Positions 35,701-48,195 of a stretch of DNA of 64,000 nucleotides are shown here, one piece after another. The DNA comes from Cyanophora paradoxa CCMP329 (taxonomy: Eukaryota > Plantae > Glaucophyta). Under the pieces are notes generated by a model. It saw only the letters and a list, made by a program, of their open reading frames with translations, was not told the origin of the DNA and ran no database searches. Position 1 is the stretch's first letter; every line of letters begins with the position of its first letter. The stretch lies in assembly GCA_004431415.1 (NCBI GenBank), contig QPMI01000143.1:62001-126000 (forward strand). Direction: 5' to 3'. The translations under genes and the position numbers were made by a program.

Positions 35701-37184
35701 CTCCGGGGGGCCCTCCGGCAGGAAGACCACCGTGGGGGGTACCGGGATCCGCAGCCGCGACGCCCCGCCGTCCCGCACGATGAACTGGCGACGCCGTCAG
35801 GGGCGGGTGGGAAAGAGGGGAGGGGGGGGGAGGCCGCACGGGGTAGAAGGCGAGGCAGGGCTTGACGCCTGGGGGCATGGAGTTCTCGTAGTCGTACTCC
35901 GGGGGCTGGAACGAGGCCTTCTTGAGCGTCTCCGCGTAGACCTTCTTCCGCTGCCTTAGCTCTGCCGCCTTCTTGGCCTTCTCCGCCCTGGGACCGGGGC
36001 CGGGGCCGGCTCGACGGGTGGCGGGTGGCGCGGGGCGGGGGGCGTGGGGCACGGGGGCGAACGCACTCGAGGTTGGCCCTGTGCCTCGCGAGCTCCTCGG
36101 CGGTCATGGGCGGCGGCGGCGGCGGCACCGTGAACTGCGAGACGAAGGGCGGCGCCGGCGGCGCCGGCGACTGCGGCGGCGGCGGCGGCGCCTCCGGCTC
36201 CGACTTGGGCGGATCCTGCGCCCCGGCCGGCTCGCTCGCTTGAGGGCGGGAGGGCGGGCGGGCGGGCGGGCGGGGCGCGCCTTGCCGGCGAGCGCGTCGT
36301 CGTACGTGGCGAAGTCGAACTTGGCTCCTCCCTCCGCGCCGCCCTCCCCGCTCGCCTCGCCCTCGTCCCGCTGGCCCCCGCGCGCCCCGCCCCCGCCCCG
36401 CCCTCCTCCTCCCCTTCCGAGAAGCGGGCGCGGCGGCCGGCCTCATCCTCCCCCTCCGACGAGGCGGGGGCCTGCAGGGCGAGCCTCCGGCTGCTCCCGG
36501 CGGACCGCTGCGTCCCCGTCCTGCCCGTCGTCGATCCCGCCCGCGAGGAAGGCTGCGGGCGCGCGCAGGCCTCGGCCCGGGGCGTCGGGCGGGGCCGGGC
36601 TGGGCGGCGCCGCGGACCCTGTTCTCGCGGGAAGAGCCCGAGAGGCGCCCCGTGCTGCGCGGCCGGGCCGCATCCTGCTCTGCGTCCGCCGGGGGCGACG
36701 GCTCCTCCGGCGCGGCCGGCGCGGGGGGCGGCGACGCCCGCAAGTCGTCTCCGCTCGCCGCGCTGCGGTCGGGTCGGCCGGGCGCTGCGGAGCGCGCAGG
36801 CGGGGCGCGACAAACCTGCCGCCGCCTTCTCGCCTGCTCTTCGCCGCGGGGGCCTCTCCTATGGCCGTAAGCCGCTGCTCATCGGCGTCGTACTTCAGGA
36901 GCCGGTTCAGGTCGCTGCGGACGTTCTTCGCTAGGCTCATAGTATCCTTGCCGAGGAAGTTCTCCCCATCGAACTCCCATTCCTCTGCACGCCGCGCGGG
37001 TCCTAGGTTAGCGGCCACCGGCTACTTCCGCTGCAGGCGCGGGGCGGTGCTGGAGCGAGAGCTGAGCTTCTCAAGCTTAGCTAGATGACCCGTGTGTGCT
37101 ATCTGCGGGTGCAACTGGCCGCCCACTCGCACCTTTCGGGTCCTTCTGGACGACCTTCTTTGGGAGGTTGTGCTTCCACGACAT
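32264..37184 (-). CDS. Gene A: uncharacterised protein with ATP-grasp-like segment and Cys pairs (intact copy)
   Basis: Spliced MSWKHNLPKKVVQKDPK/EEWEFDG...; globular core LRIPVPPTVVF...VAVLK...WVLQKFVWSNGGKPFVARC...ELVADWIK/DKRGDWWFIQVKAF; FCRGDYC and VCRNCYRVY; acidic/Pro-rich tail to stop at 32264. Fold is a guess from motif spacing. Confidence 0.7.
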
Positions 37185-37618
37185 GCGCTCGCGTTGCCGA
37201 GAAGCGCTCTCTCGGCCGTTCCGCGAGCCCTTCTATCGCGCTACGCTTTTGGTCTGGGGGAATGTTTGCGGTGGGGGTACAGGGGCGCTGGAGACTCTGA
37301 CCTGACTCGGCTCTCGGTCCCGCGCTCAAGCTCTGGGCCGAAGTCACAGCGTTGTAAACACCCGCTTGCGGGGCCGGCGGGGTCGATCCTGCGAAGGAGG
37401 AGAGCACCGCAGCTGGTCGAGGTGAGCAGAGCACGCGCGAAGGCGCAGAGCGCGCGTTCGAGCGCTTCGCCGGTTCTTGTTGCTTGCTGACGCTGCCGGG
37501 CACGGCAGCTCGGGTCGCGCGGGCTGCGGCGGCGAAAGTGAAGCTTCGCATGGCCCCTGGCGAGTGCTGAGCGGTCGACGACCTCGACGCTGCGCTTCCT
37601 CGTCGCACTCGGGCGACA
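37185..37618. promoter_or_regulatory. Putative bidirectional promoter of genes A and B (copies at 43272-43703 and 48196-48629)
   Basis: About 430-bp, lower-GC spacer between divergent start codons; nearly identical in all three copies. Confidence 0.6.
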
Positions 37619-39959
37619 ATGTGCGCATACGTCTCACCGCGCACCGCCTCCCGCCTCCCGCCTCGACGGATCGAGCTCAAGCGTTCGCCTCAGGTCGCGC
37701 AGCGCGCCCGTGCACGGCCTCGATCACCTGCACACCTTCGAGGACTTCAAGAGGTTCTTCCCCGAGCTCGGCGCGCCTCAGGTGCGATCCGCGGGGGGCG
37801 CGTGGCCGCTCGTTCGCCTGGCGCCGACGCGGCCGCGCGGCGCAGCACGGCCTCTCGTGCCTGGAGGACGTCGCGTGCCTGGAGCGGGATGACTACAAGG
37901 AGCTCAAGATGCCTATGGGCATATTCCGCCGCCTCTGCCGCCGGGCGACGGAGCTCGTCGAGGCCCTAAACCGGTGCCCCCGCCCGCGCCGCGCCGCGCC
38001 GCGCCGGCCGCGCCGCTGCGGGGCTCCCGGCGACGCGCGCGCACGCGCAGGCCCGAGGCGGTCGTAGTCGACGATGCGGAGCCGCCTCCGGCGACCGCGC
38101 CCTCCGGATCGGCGACGCCGGCGCCCTCGCCGGCGCCGGCGCCAGCGGCCCCCTGGCACCTCCTCGGCGGCGACGCCGGCGCGGGGGCGGCGCGGGAGAG
38201 CGACGGCGAGGCGCGCGCGGCGACGCCGCTGCCCGCGCCGGCGGCGGCGGCGCGGCTCGCGCTGGGCGAGTGGCACCCGACGGAGGTCGAGGTGGCCGAG
38301 GCGGAGGACGAGGGCGAGGCGGCGGCGCCGGAGGCGGCGGCGGCGGCGGCGGCGGAGCCCGTGGAGCTGCAGCCCGCTCCTGACAGCGCGGACGCCGAGA
38401 TGGCCGGTGCGCCTGCCGCCGCGCTCCCGCCTCCGCCTGCGCGCCTGAGCGCCCGTGCAGAGGCGCCGCCGGTGCCGGAGGAGAAGCCGCGGCGCCTGGT
38501 CGTGCCCCTGGGGCCGTTCCGGCCGGACGCGCCGGGCGAGCCGGCGCGGGTCTCGGGCGGCGGGCGGCGGCGCGGGGGCGCCCTCGGCCTCCCCCTCTGC
38601 CTCCTCCTCGAGGCGCACGCGCGCCACGCCGAGGTCCTCGAGCGGGCCGCCCTGAAGCGCGCCGCGGGGGCGGGCGGCGAGGAGGAGGCGGAGGCGGAGG
38701 CGGAGGCCGAGATCGCGGAGAGCCTCTGCACGGACATGAGCGAGGAAGATGAGGAGGAGGAGGAGGAAGAGGAGGCGGGGGCGGCGGCGGGGGCCGCGCG
38801 GGCGCCGTCGGAGGAGGCGGAGGAGTCGGACGCGGTGGACTCCGAGTCGGTCGGGGGCGACGCGGGGCTCGAGGCGGCGGCGGCTGCGGAGGAGGAGGAG
38901 GAGGAGGAGGAGGAGGAGGCTTTGGAGAGGCGGGATGAGGCGGGGGACCCCGAGGAGGCGAGGAGGCGGCGGGACGAGGCGGCGGCGGCGAGGCGGGCGG
39001 CGCTGGAGGCGAAGTGGGAGGCCCGGGCCGACCGCGCCGCGCGGGGCGTCCCCGGGGAGGGGTACGCGGAGCTGCGGGAGCGGCTCGCGGGGCGCCGGCC
39101 GAGGCTCGTCGAGTGGCTCTCCCGCCTCGAGGGGGCGCCGAGGCGGCGCCGGCGCCCGAGGCTGGGCCCTCCTCCTCCGCCGCCGCCGCCGCCCGCCCCT
39201 CAGCAGCCGGACCCTCCCTGGGCGGCTCGTTCGGTGCGGGGCGCCGCGCGGGGCCCCGGCACGCCTGCTTCACTAACAGGCGGCCGGGGCGGGGCAGGGG
39301 AGCCGCCGGCGTGGTGGGCGGAGGAGCTGGCGCGCATGCAGGCGGCCTGGGAGGCGGCGCGGCGGCCCACCCTGGAGCGGGCCCAGCGCTCCTTCTGGTG
39401 CCGCCGGGGATCCGCCCCCGCCCCCGCCCCCGCCGGCTTCGCTCACGCGGTGCGGGGTACAGGCGGCGGTACCGGGGGTACGACGTGCGTGTCTGGAAGG
39501 TGCACGAGCTGCGGAGGCAGTCGGAGGGCCTCTCCAGGCGCCTCGGCGAGCTCGCGGGGTGCGCCCTCCCTTCCCCTCAGCTCTTAGCTTTCCCGGCTCC
39601 GCCCCGCTTCTAAATTTAGCTTCTCCAGGGAGATGCCGCGGCTCGAGAGGCACCGGAAGGCCGCGCGGGCCGCCGAGGAGACCTTCTTCGCCCTCCGCGA
39701 CGCCGAGTTCAGGTGAGCCCGATCTGATCTGAGCGCGATAGATCGGATCGGATCGGATCTGAGCCGGCGCCGCGCCAGGATCGGGCTCCTGCAGAGGGCG
39801 GAGGAGCCTGAGGCGGGGGACGAGCGCGGCTCCTCCGGCGAGGAGGGGGAGGAGGAGGAGGCGGGCGGGTACGGGGGGCGGGAGGAGTTTCTCCTGGAGG
39901 GGCCGCCCAGTCCCGACGTCGGTGCGATCCCGTACCCCCGCCCCCCAACCGGTCCGGTC
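37619..39959 (+). pseudogene. Gene B copy 1, 3'-truncated (SAM-like and acidic N-terminus only)
   Basis: Colinear with 48630 to about 50950, then breaks inside an intron; lacks all helicase motifs. Confidence 0.8.
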
Positions 39960-40072
39960 GACAGCCTTTTGGCCGCTGGTACCTCCTAAGGGGTGGACGC
40001 AGGTCGTCCGGTGAGGATGGGAGCGCCTGTGAGGATGGGAGCGCAGCCGTTGCGCGCGATACTACCCCCGCC
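39960..40072. other. Junction filler DNA with internal 16-bp direct repeat
   Basis: About 113 bp matching neither flanking unit; gtgaggatgggagcgc at 40011-40026 and 40029-40044. Confidence 0.8.
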
Positions 40073-43000
40073 ACGAAGGTGCGGTCGGAGAGGATGGCCT
40101 TTCGCGTTCGGTGCCGGTTGGGGATGGGGCGGACGGTCTCCTGCACGGAGCCGACGACCTTGCGCTCGCCGGCCCGCCGCCCCGCCGCCGCCGCCTCCTC
40201 CGCCTCCTCCTCGTCCTGGTAGTACGCCCTGGCGGAGGCGCTAAGCGCGAGCCGCGAGGCGAGGAGGGCGAGGGCGGGGCGGGGTGCGGGCGCACGCGGC
40301 CGGCTCCTCGCCGTCGTCGGTGGGGGAGGCGAAGCCCGGGCGGGCCCCAGGGTCCAGGATCCGCCGCACCTGCCCGCCCCGCCCGCGTTAATCCAGCAGG
40401 GGCACATCGAAGTGAGCGGGAGAGCGGCGCCCGGGCGGGCGGGCGGACCTTGACCTCCTCGGCGCGGAGGCGGGCGACCCTGCGGCGGGCGGCGGCGTGG
40501 AGCTGGCGCCGCCGGCTCCGCTCCATCCGGTCCAGCACCACGCTCTTGTACAGCACCTGCGCGCGGGCGGGCGGGCGGGGCGGGGCGGGGCGGGGCGGGG
40601 CGGCCGGATCAGGTCGCTGCAGGGCGGATGGATGAAAGAGAAGGGGGGCTCGCGCGCCTTGTAGTAGCCGGCGTCCTCGTCCTTGCGCTCGACGACGGCG
40701 CGCTTGATGTTCTCGATGAGCATCAGCAGCTCGTGGTTCGCCACGACGTCCCGCCGCGCCGCCCCCGCCTGCACCGTCTCCACCACCTGCCCGGGCGCGA
40801 CGCCGTCAGCCGCGGCCGGCTCTCGAGCCTCAAGCTTTGCTCGCTCGCCTGGAGGACGCGGGACTTGCGGAGGCCCTCCTGCTCGGCCTGCATGTCCACG
40901 TCGCAGTAGTCGCCCCGGCAGAAGTTCCGCTGCTCCCGCACCACGGGCGCCGCCCGGCCCCGCAGGATCTCCGAGAGCGGCGCGCCCGGCCCCGGCGTCC
41001 GCATCCGGAAGGCCTTCACCTGGATGAACCACCAGTCGCCCCGCTTATCTGCGGAGAGAAGGAACCCGATCGATCAGGGGCAGCCTAAACCTAAGTCTGA
41101 GAGGAAGGACGAGGCGGGCCCTTGATCCAGTCGGCGACGAGCTCGTCGAAGGGTACGCTGAAGACGGTCTGCTCCATGTGGTGCCGCAGCGCCCCCGTCA
41201 GCTCCTGCAGCTCCGCGTTCGCCTTGCCTGCGGCGGGATGAGACGGGCGAGAGAGCGAGGGAGCGGGGCGGGGCGGGGCCGGGCTGAGGCGCGCCGGCGA
41301 CGGGGATCATGGCGCAGCCGTCGAAGCGCTCGGCGTCGGTGCAGTAGCGGCGGCGCGGGTCCGCCTCGGCGCTCTCCTCGCAGAGCTCGCGCCCGGAGAT
41401 CATCCAGGTGAATGACTTGCCGGCCCCGGCGCGCCGGTGCACGCAGCGGGCGACGAAGGGCTTGCCCCCGTTGCTCCAGACGAACTTCTGCAGGACCCAG
41501 GCCTCCAGCGAGGAGACGCTCTCTGAGAAGGCCTTGAGGCCGTTGTAGTCCAGCACCACCAGCTCGTTCCTCGTGTAGCGCTCCGAGGCCGGCTTCGCCA
41601 TCTTCTTCAGCACGGCGACGGGGTACCCCTCCGGCGGCTCCTCCCCCGCGCGGGGCTTGAAGATCCGGTCCGCGATGCCGCGCTCGTCGATGTGGTCGAC
41701 GCGGCGGACGCAGCCGTCGGCGCGGGGGGTGTAAAAGAGGGACTGAATGGGCGCCCCCACGTCGTCCGGGTCGGACGAGAGGCCCTCGGGGGGGCCCTCC
41801 GGCAGGAAGACCACCGTGGGGGGTACCGGGATCCGCAGCCGCGACGCCCCGCCGTCCCGCACGATGAACTGGCGACGACGTCAGGGGCGGGCGGGAGAGG
41901 GCGGGGAGGGAAGGGGGGGCAGAAGCCGCACGGGGTAGAAGGCGAGGCAGGGCTTGACGCCGGGGGGCATGGAGTTCTCGTAGTCGTACTCCGGGGGCTG
42001 GAACGAGGCCTTCTTGAGCGTCTCCGCGTAGACCTTCTTCCGCTGCCTTAGCTCCGCCGCCTTCTTCGCCTTCTCCGCCCTGGGGCCGGGGCCGGCTCGA
42101 CGGGCGGCGGGGGGCGCGGGGCGGGGGGCGCGGGGCGCCGGGGCGAACGCACTCGAGGTTGGCCCTGTGCCTCGCGAGCTCCTCGGCGGTCATGGGCGGC
42201 GGCGGCGGCGGCACCGTGAACTGCGAGACGAAGGGCGGCGCCGGCGGCGCCGGCGGCGACTGCGGCGGCGGCGGCGCCTCCGGCTCCGACTTGGGCGGAT
42301 CCTGCGCCCCGGCCGGTTCGCTCGCTTGAGGGCGGGAGGGCGGGCGGCGGGCGGGCGGGAGGGCGGGGCGCGCCTTGCCGGCGAGCGCGTCGTCGTACGT
42401 GGCGAAGTCGAACTTGGCGCCTCCCTCCGCGCCGCCCTCCCGCTCGCCTCGCCCTCGTCCCCGCTGGCCCCGCGCGCCCCGCCCCCGCCCCGCCCTCCTC
42501 CTCCCCTTCCGAGAAGCGGCGCGGCGGCCGGCCTCATCCTCCCCCTCCGACGAGGCGGGGGCCTGCAGGGCGAGCCTCCGGCTGCTCCCGGCGGACCGCT
42601 GCGTCCCGTCCTGCCGGTCGTCGACCCCGCCCGCGAGGAAGGCTGCGGGCGCGCGCGGCCTCGGCGCGGGGCGTCGGGCGGGGCCGGGCGGGGCGGCGCC
42701 GCGGACCCGGTTCTCGCGGGAAGAGCCCGAGAGGCGCCCCGTGCTGCGCGGCCGGGCCGCATCCTGCTCTGCGTCCGCCGGGGGCGACGGCTCCTCCGGC
42801 GCGGCCGGCGCGGGGGCGGCGACGCCCGCAAGTCGTCTCCGCTCGCCGCGCTGCGGTCGGGTCGGCCGGGCGCTGCGGAGCGCGCAGGCGGGCGAAACCA
42901 ACCTGCCGCCTCCTTCCCGCCTGCTCTTCGCCGCAGGGGCCTCTCCTATGGCCGTAAGCCGCTGCTCATCGGCGTCGTACTTCAGGAGCCGGTTCAGGTC

Positions 43001-43271
43001 GCTGCGGACGTTCTTCGCAAGGCTCATAGTATCCTTGCCGAGGAAGTTCTCCCCATCGAACTCCCATTCCTCTGCACGCCGCGCGGGTCCCAGGTTAGCG
43101 GCCACCGGCTACTTCCGCTGCAGGCGCGGGGCGGTGCTGGAGCGAGAGCTGAGCTTCCTAAGCTTAGCTAGATGACCCGTGTGTGCTATCTGCGGGTGCA
43201 GCTGGCCGCCCACTCGCACCTTTCGGGTCCTTCTGGACGACCTTCTTTGGGAGGTTGTGCTTCCACGACAT
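40073..43271 (-). pseudogene. Gene A copy 2, 3'-truncated
   Basis: Colinear with 34010-37184; ends at ...SDRTFV and reads on into the filler; lacks the VCRNC motif and tail. Confidence 0.8.
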
Positions 43272-43703
43272 GCGCTCGCGTTGCCGAGAAGCGCTCTCTC
43301 GGCCGTTCCGCGAGCCCTTCTATCGCGCTACGCTTTTGGTATGGGGGAATGCTTGCGGTGGGGTACAGGGGCGCTGGAGACTCTGACCTGACTCGGCTCT
43401 CGGTCCCGCGCTCAAGCTCTGGGCCGAAGTCACAGCGTTGTAAACACCCGCTTGCGGGCCGGCGGGGTCGATCCTGCGAAGGAGGAGAGCACCGCAGCTG
43501 GTCGAGGTGAGCAGAGCACGCGCGAAGGCGCAGAGCGCGCGTTCGAGCGCTTCGCCGGTTCTTGTTGCTTGCTGACGCTGCCGGGCACGGCAGCTCGGGT
43601 CGCGCGGGCTGCGGCGGCGAAAGTGAAGCTTCGCATGGCCCCTGGCGAGTGCTGAGCGGTCGACGACCTCGACGCTGCGCTTCCTCGTCGCACTCGGGCG
43701 ACA

Positions 43704-46700
43704 ATGTGCGCATACGTCTCACCGCGCACCGCCTCCCGCCTCCCGCCTCGACGGATCGAGCTCAAGCGTTCGCCTCAGGTCGCGCAGCGCGCCCGTGCAC
43801 GGCCTCGATCACCTGCACACCTTCGAGGATTTCAAGAGGTTCTTCCCCGAGCTCGGCGCGCCTCAGGTGCGATCCGCGAGGGCGCGTGTCCGCACGTTCG
43901 CCTGGCGCCGACGCGGCCGCGCGGCGCAGCACGGCCTCTCGTGCCTGGAGGACGTCGCGTGCCTGGAGCGGGATGACTACAAGGAGCTCAAGATGCCGAT
44001 GGGCATATTCCGCCGCCTCTGCCGCCGGGCGACGGAGCTCGTCGAGGCCCTAAACCGGTGCGCCCGCCCGCGCCGCGCCGCGCCGCGCCGGCCGCGCCGC
44101 TGCGGGGCTCCCGGCGACGTGTGCGCACGCGTAGGCCCGAGGCGGTCGTAGTCGACGATGCGGAGCCGCCTCCGGCGACCGCGCCCTCCGGATCGGCGAC
44201 GCCGGCGCCCTCGCCGGCGCCGGCGCCGGCGGCCCCCTGGCACCTCATCGGCGGCGACGCCGGCGCGGGGGCGGCGCGGGAGAGCGACGGCGAGGCGCGC
44301 GCGGCGACGCCGCTGCCGGCGCCGGCGCCGGCGGCGCGGCTCGCGCTGGGCGAGTGGCACCCGACGGAGGTCGAGGTGGCCGAGGCACAGGACGAGGGCG
44401 AGGCGGCGGCGCCGGAGGCGGCGGATGCGGCGGCGGCGGCGCCCGCGGAGCTACAGCGCGCCCCTGACAACGGGGACGCCGAGATGGCCGGTGTGCCTGC
44501 CGCCGCCCTCCCGCCTCCGCCTGCCCGCCTGAGCGCCCGTGCAGAGGCGCCGCCGGTGCCGGAGGAGAAGCCGCGGCGCCTGGTCGTGCCCCTGGGGCCG
44601 TTCCGGCCGGACGCGCCGGGCGAGCCGGCGCGGGTCTCGGGCGGCGGGCGGCGGCGCGGGGGCGCCCTCGGCCTCCCCTCTGCCTCCTCCTCGAGGCGCA
44701 CGCGCGCCACGCCGAGGTCCTCGAGCGGGCCGCCCTGAAGCGCGCCGCGGGGCGGCCGGCGAGGAGGAGGAGGCGGAGGCCGAAATCCCGGAGAGCCTCT
44801 GCACGGATATGAGCGAGGAAGATGAGGAGGAGGACGAGGAGGAAGAGGAGGCGGCGGCGGGGGCCGCGCGGGCGCCCTCGGAGGAGGCGGAGGAGTCGGA
44901 CGCGGTGGACACCGAGTCGGTCGGGGGCGACGCGGAGGCGCCGGAGGCGGCGGTGGCGGAGGAGGAGGAGGAGGAGGAGGCTTTGGAGAGGCGGGAGGCG
45001 GGGGAGCCCGAGGAGGCGAGGAGACGGCGCGACGAGGCGGCGGCGGCGAGGCGGGCGGCGCTGGAGGCGAAGTGGGAGGCCCGGGCCGACCGCGGCGCGC
45101 GGGGCGTCCCCGGGGAAGGGTACGCGGAGCTTCGGGAGCGGCTCGCGGGGCGCCGGCCGAGGCTCGTCGAGTGGCTCTCCCGCATCGAAGGGGGCCCCGA
45201 GGCGGCGCCGGCGCCCGAGGCCGGGCCCTCCTCCTCCTCCGCCGCCGCCGCCCGCCCCTCAGCAGCCGGCCCCTCCCTGGGCGGCTCGTTCGGTGCGGGG
45301 CGCCGCGCGGGCATCCTCTTGCTCGCTCGCCTCGCTGACGGGCGGGCGGCCGGGGCGGGGTGCAGGGGAGCCGCCGGCGTGGTGGGCGGAGGAGCTGGCG
45401 CGCATGCAGGCGGCCTGGAGGCGGCGCGGCGGCCCGCCCTGGAGCGGGCCCAGCGCTCCTTCTGGTGCTCGCCACCGCCCCCGCCGCTTCCGCCCACGCT
45501 CACGCGGGGGTACAGGCGGCGGTACCGGGGGTACGACGTGCGTGTCTGGAAGGTGCACGAGCTCCGGCGGCAGGCGGAGGGCCTCTCCAAGCGCCTCGCC
45601 GAGCTCGCGGGGTGCGCCCTCCCTTCCCCTCAGCTCTTTGCTTTCCCGGCTCCGCCCCGCCTCTAAATTTAGCTTCTGCAGGGAGATGCCGCGGCTCGAG
45701 AGGCACCGGAAGGCCGCGCGGGCCGCCGAGGAGACCTTCTTCGCCCTGCGCGACGCCGAGTTCAGGTGAGCCCGATCTGCTCTGATCTGAGCTCGGATTG
45801 CGGGTCGGGTCGGATCGGATCGGATCTGATCTGAGCCGGCGCCGCGCCAGGATCGGGCTCCTGCAGAGGGCGGAGGAGCCCGAGGCGGGGGACGAGCGCG
45901 GCTCCTCCGGCGAGGAGGGGGGGGAGGAGGCGGGGGGGTACGGGGGGCGGGAGGAGTTTCCCCCGGAAGGGCCGCCCAGCCCCGACGTCGGTGCGATCCC
46001 GTACCCCCGCCCCCGACCGATCCGGTCCCTCCCGACCCGCGCGCCCCGCCCCGGCAGACGCGCCTCAAGAAGAAGAGGAGGGGGCCGCGCCCATGGCCGT
46101 GGACTGGGCGCGAGACGACGACGAAGAAGACATGGCGGAAGCGGCGAACGAAGAGGAAGAAGTAGTGGAGGGCTCGTCGTACGGGGGCAGCTTCATCGAC
46201 GACGGGGAGGCGGGGGAGTACGAGGCGGACGACGCGGCGTTCCTCGCGTTCCTCAGGGGCAGGCTGGGCCCCCTGGCCTACGAGGGGGAGGGGGCGGGGG
46301 CGTCCCCGGCGGCGCCGCGCCTCCCGCCGGAGGCCTTCGAGCGGACGGAGGGCGCTCGGCGCTCCAGGAGGAGGCGCGCGGCGGCGGCGGCGGCGGCGGC
46401 GGCGGCAGCCGGCGAGGCAGACGGCGGCGGCGACGTCGCGGGCGATGAGGAGGCGCCGGAGGCCCCCGCCGCCGCTCCGGAGCCGGAGCCGGAGCCAGAG
46501 CCTGTGGCGCCGGAGGAGGGGAGGGGGAGGAGGAGAAGCCTCCGGTCCCGCCGGCGCCGCCGGCGGCTCCTGCGCCGCCGGCCGCCCCGCGGGCGTCGAG
46601 CCCGCCGGAGGTCATCGACCTGGTGAGCGAGGACGAGGAGGAGGAGGCGGGGGCCCGGCGCCCCGCGGCCCGCCCCCGCCGAGGCCCCGGGCCCCCGCCG

Positions 46701-46776
46701 CCCCCCGCGCCGCCGCGCGCCCCGCGGCCCCGCGCCGCGAGCCCGAGCCGCCCGTCGACCTGGACGAGGACGCCGA

Positions 46777-46823
<47 letters not shown>

Positions 46824-47700
46824 AGCCGCAGCCCAGCGACCGCGCCAAGTGCGCTCGCCCGCGCCTTCGCTTCCCCTGCTTCTTCTTCCTCTGCTCACGG
46901 CCTCCGGATGCGCAGGAAGGCGCGGGAGGCGGCGCGGCGGCAGAACGCGCTGGCCGAGGCCGCCATGCAGCGCGCCCTCTCCGCCAGCCAGGACCAGGAG
47001 GGGGCGAGGCGGCGGCGGCGCCGGCCCCCGCTCCGGCCCCGCGCGGCGCGGCGAAGGGGCGGGGCAGGGGCCGCGGGCGGGGCGGGGCCGCGCCCACACC
47101 CAAGCGCGCGGCGTCCCTCGAGCGGGCCGCGTCGCTTCAGCTGCAGCGGGCGGCGAGCGGGGCGAGCGGGGCGGGCACCATCATCGGCGGCAAGCAGGAC
47201 GACGCCGGGAGCACCGAGCCGGACACTCTGGACCCGCACTTCGCCATCCTAAAGGTCCCTTTCCTTCCGCGTTCAAGATTGAGCTGTTCTAACCCTGGGC
47301 GGCAGGACTACCAGGTGGAGGGCGTCAAGTTCCTCTGGCGGCGCACGATCAACGGCCCGGAGAGCGCGGAGTACCAGCGGCGGAAGCGGGAGGAGGCGCG
47401 GCGCGGGAGGCGCAAGCGGCGGCGCGCCGGCGAGGAGGACGAGGACGAGGACGAGGACGAGGAACTCGGGGGCGGGGCCCTCCTGGCGCGTCGCTTGCTT
47501 GCTTCCCTCCCGAAAGCCTCGCTTCGCGGCTAACCGACCGGGTCGGCCCGCCCGCCCGCCCGCCCGCAGGCGCACTCGATGGGCCTGGGCAAGACGGTGA
47601 CGTCCATCGCGTTCGTGCACGCGCTGCGGCGGAACCGCTGCCGCCACCGCGACCTCCGCCGCCTGCTCATCGTCACCCCCTCGGTCCGCCCTCGCCCTCG
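43704..47700 (+). pseudogene. Gene B copy 2, truncated after Walker A within motif Ia (LLIVTPS)
   Basis: Near-identical to 48630-52619; breaks in the intron after LLIVTPS. Confidence 0.8.
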
Positions 47701-48195
47701 TCCCCGCTGGCCCCCCTCCGGCGCGGCCGGCGCGGGGGGCGGCGACGCCCGCAAGTCGTCTCCGCTCGCCGCGCTGCGGTCGGGTCGGCCGGGCGCTGCG
47801 GAGCGCGCAGGCGGGGCGAAACCAACCTGCCGCCTCCTTCCCGCCTGCTCTTCGCCGCAGGGGCCTCTCCTATGGCCGTAAGCCGCTGCTCATCGGCGTC
47901 GTACTTCAGGAGCCGGTTCAGGTCGCTGCGGACGTTCTTCGCAAGGCTCATAGTATCCTTGCCGAGGAAGTTCTCCCCATCGAACTCCCATTCCTCTGCA
48001 CGCCGCGCGGGTCCCAGGTTAGCGGCCACCGGCTACTTCCGCTGCAGGCGCGGGGCGGTGCTGGAGCGAGAGCTGAGCTTCCTAAGCTTAGCTAGATGAC
48101 CCGTGTGTGCTATCTGCGGGTGCAGCTGGCCGCCCACTCGCACCTTTCGGGTCCTTCTGGACGACCTTCTTTGGGAGGTTGTGCTTCCACGACAT
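47701..48195 (-). pseudogene. Gene A copy 3, 5' stub with internal deletion
   Basis: Matches 42793-43271 plus a short patch from about 42447-42471. Confidence 0.8.
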
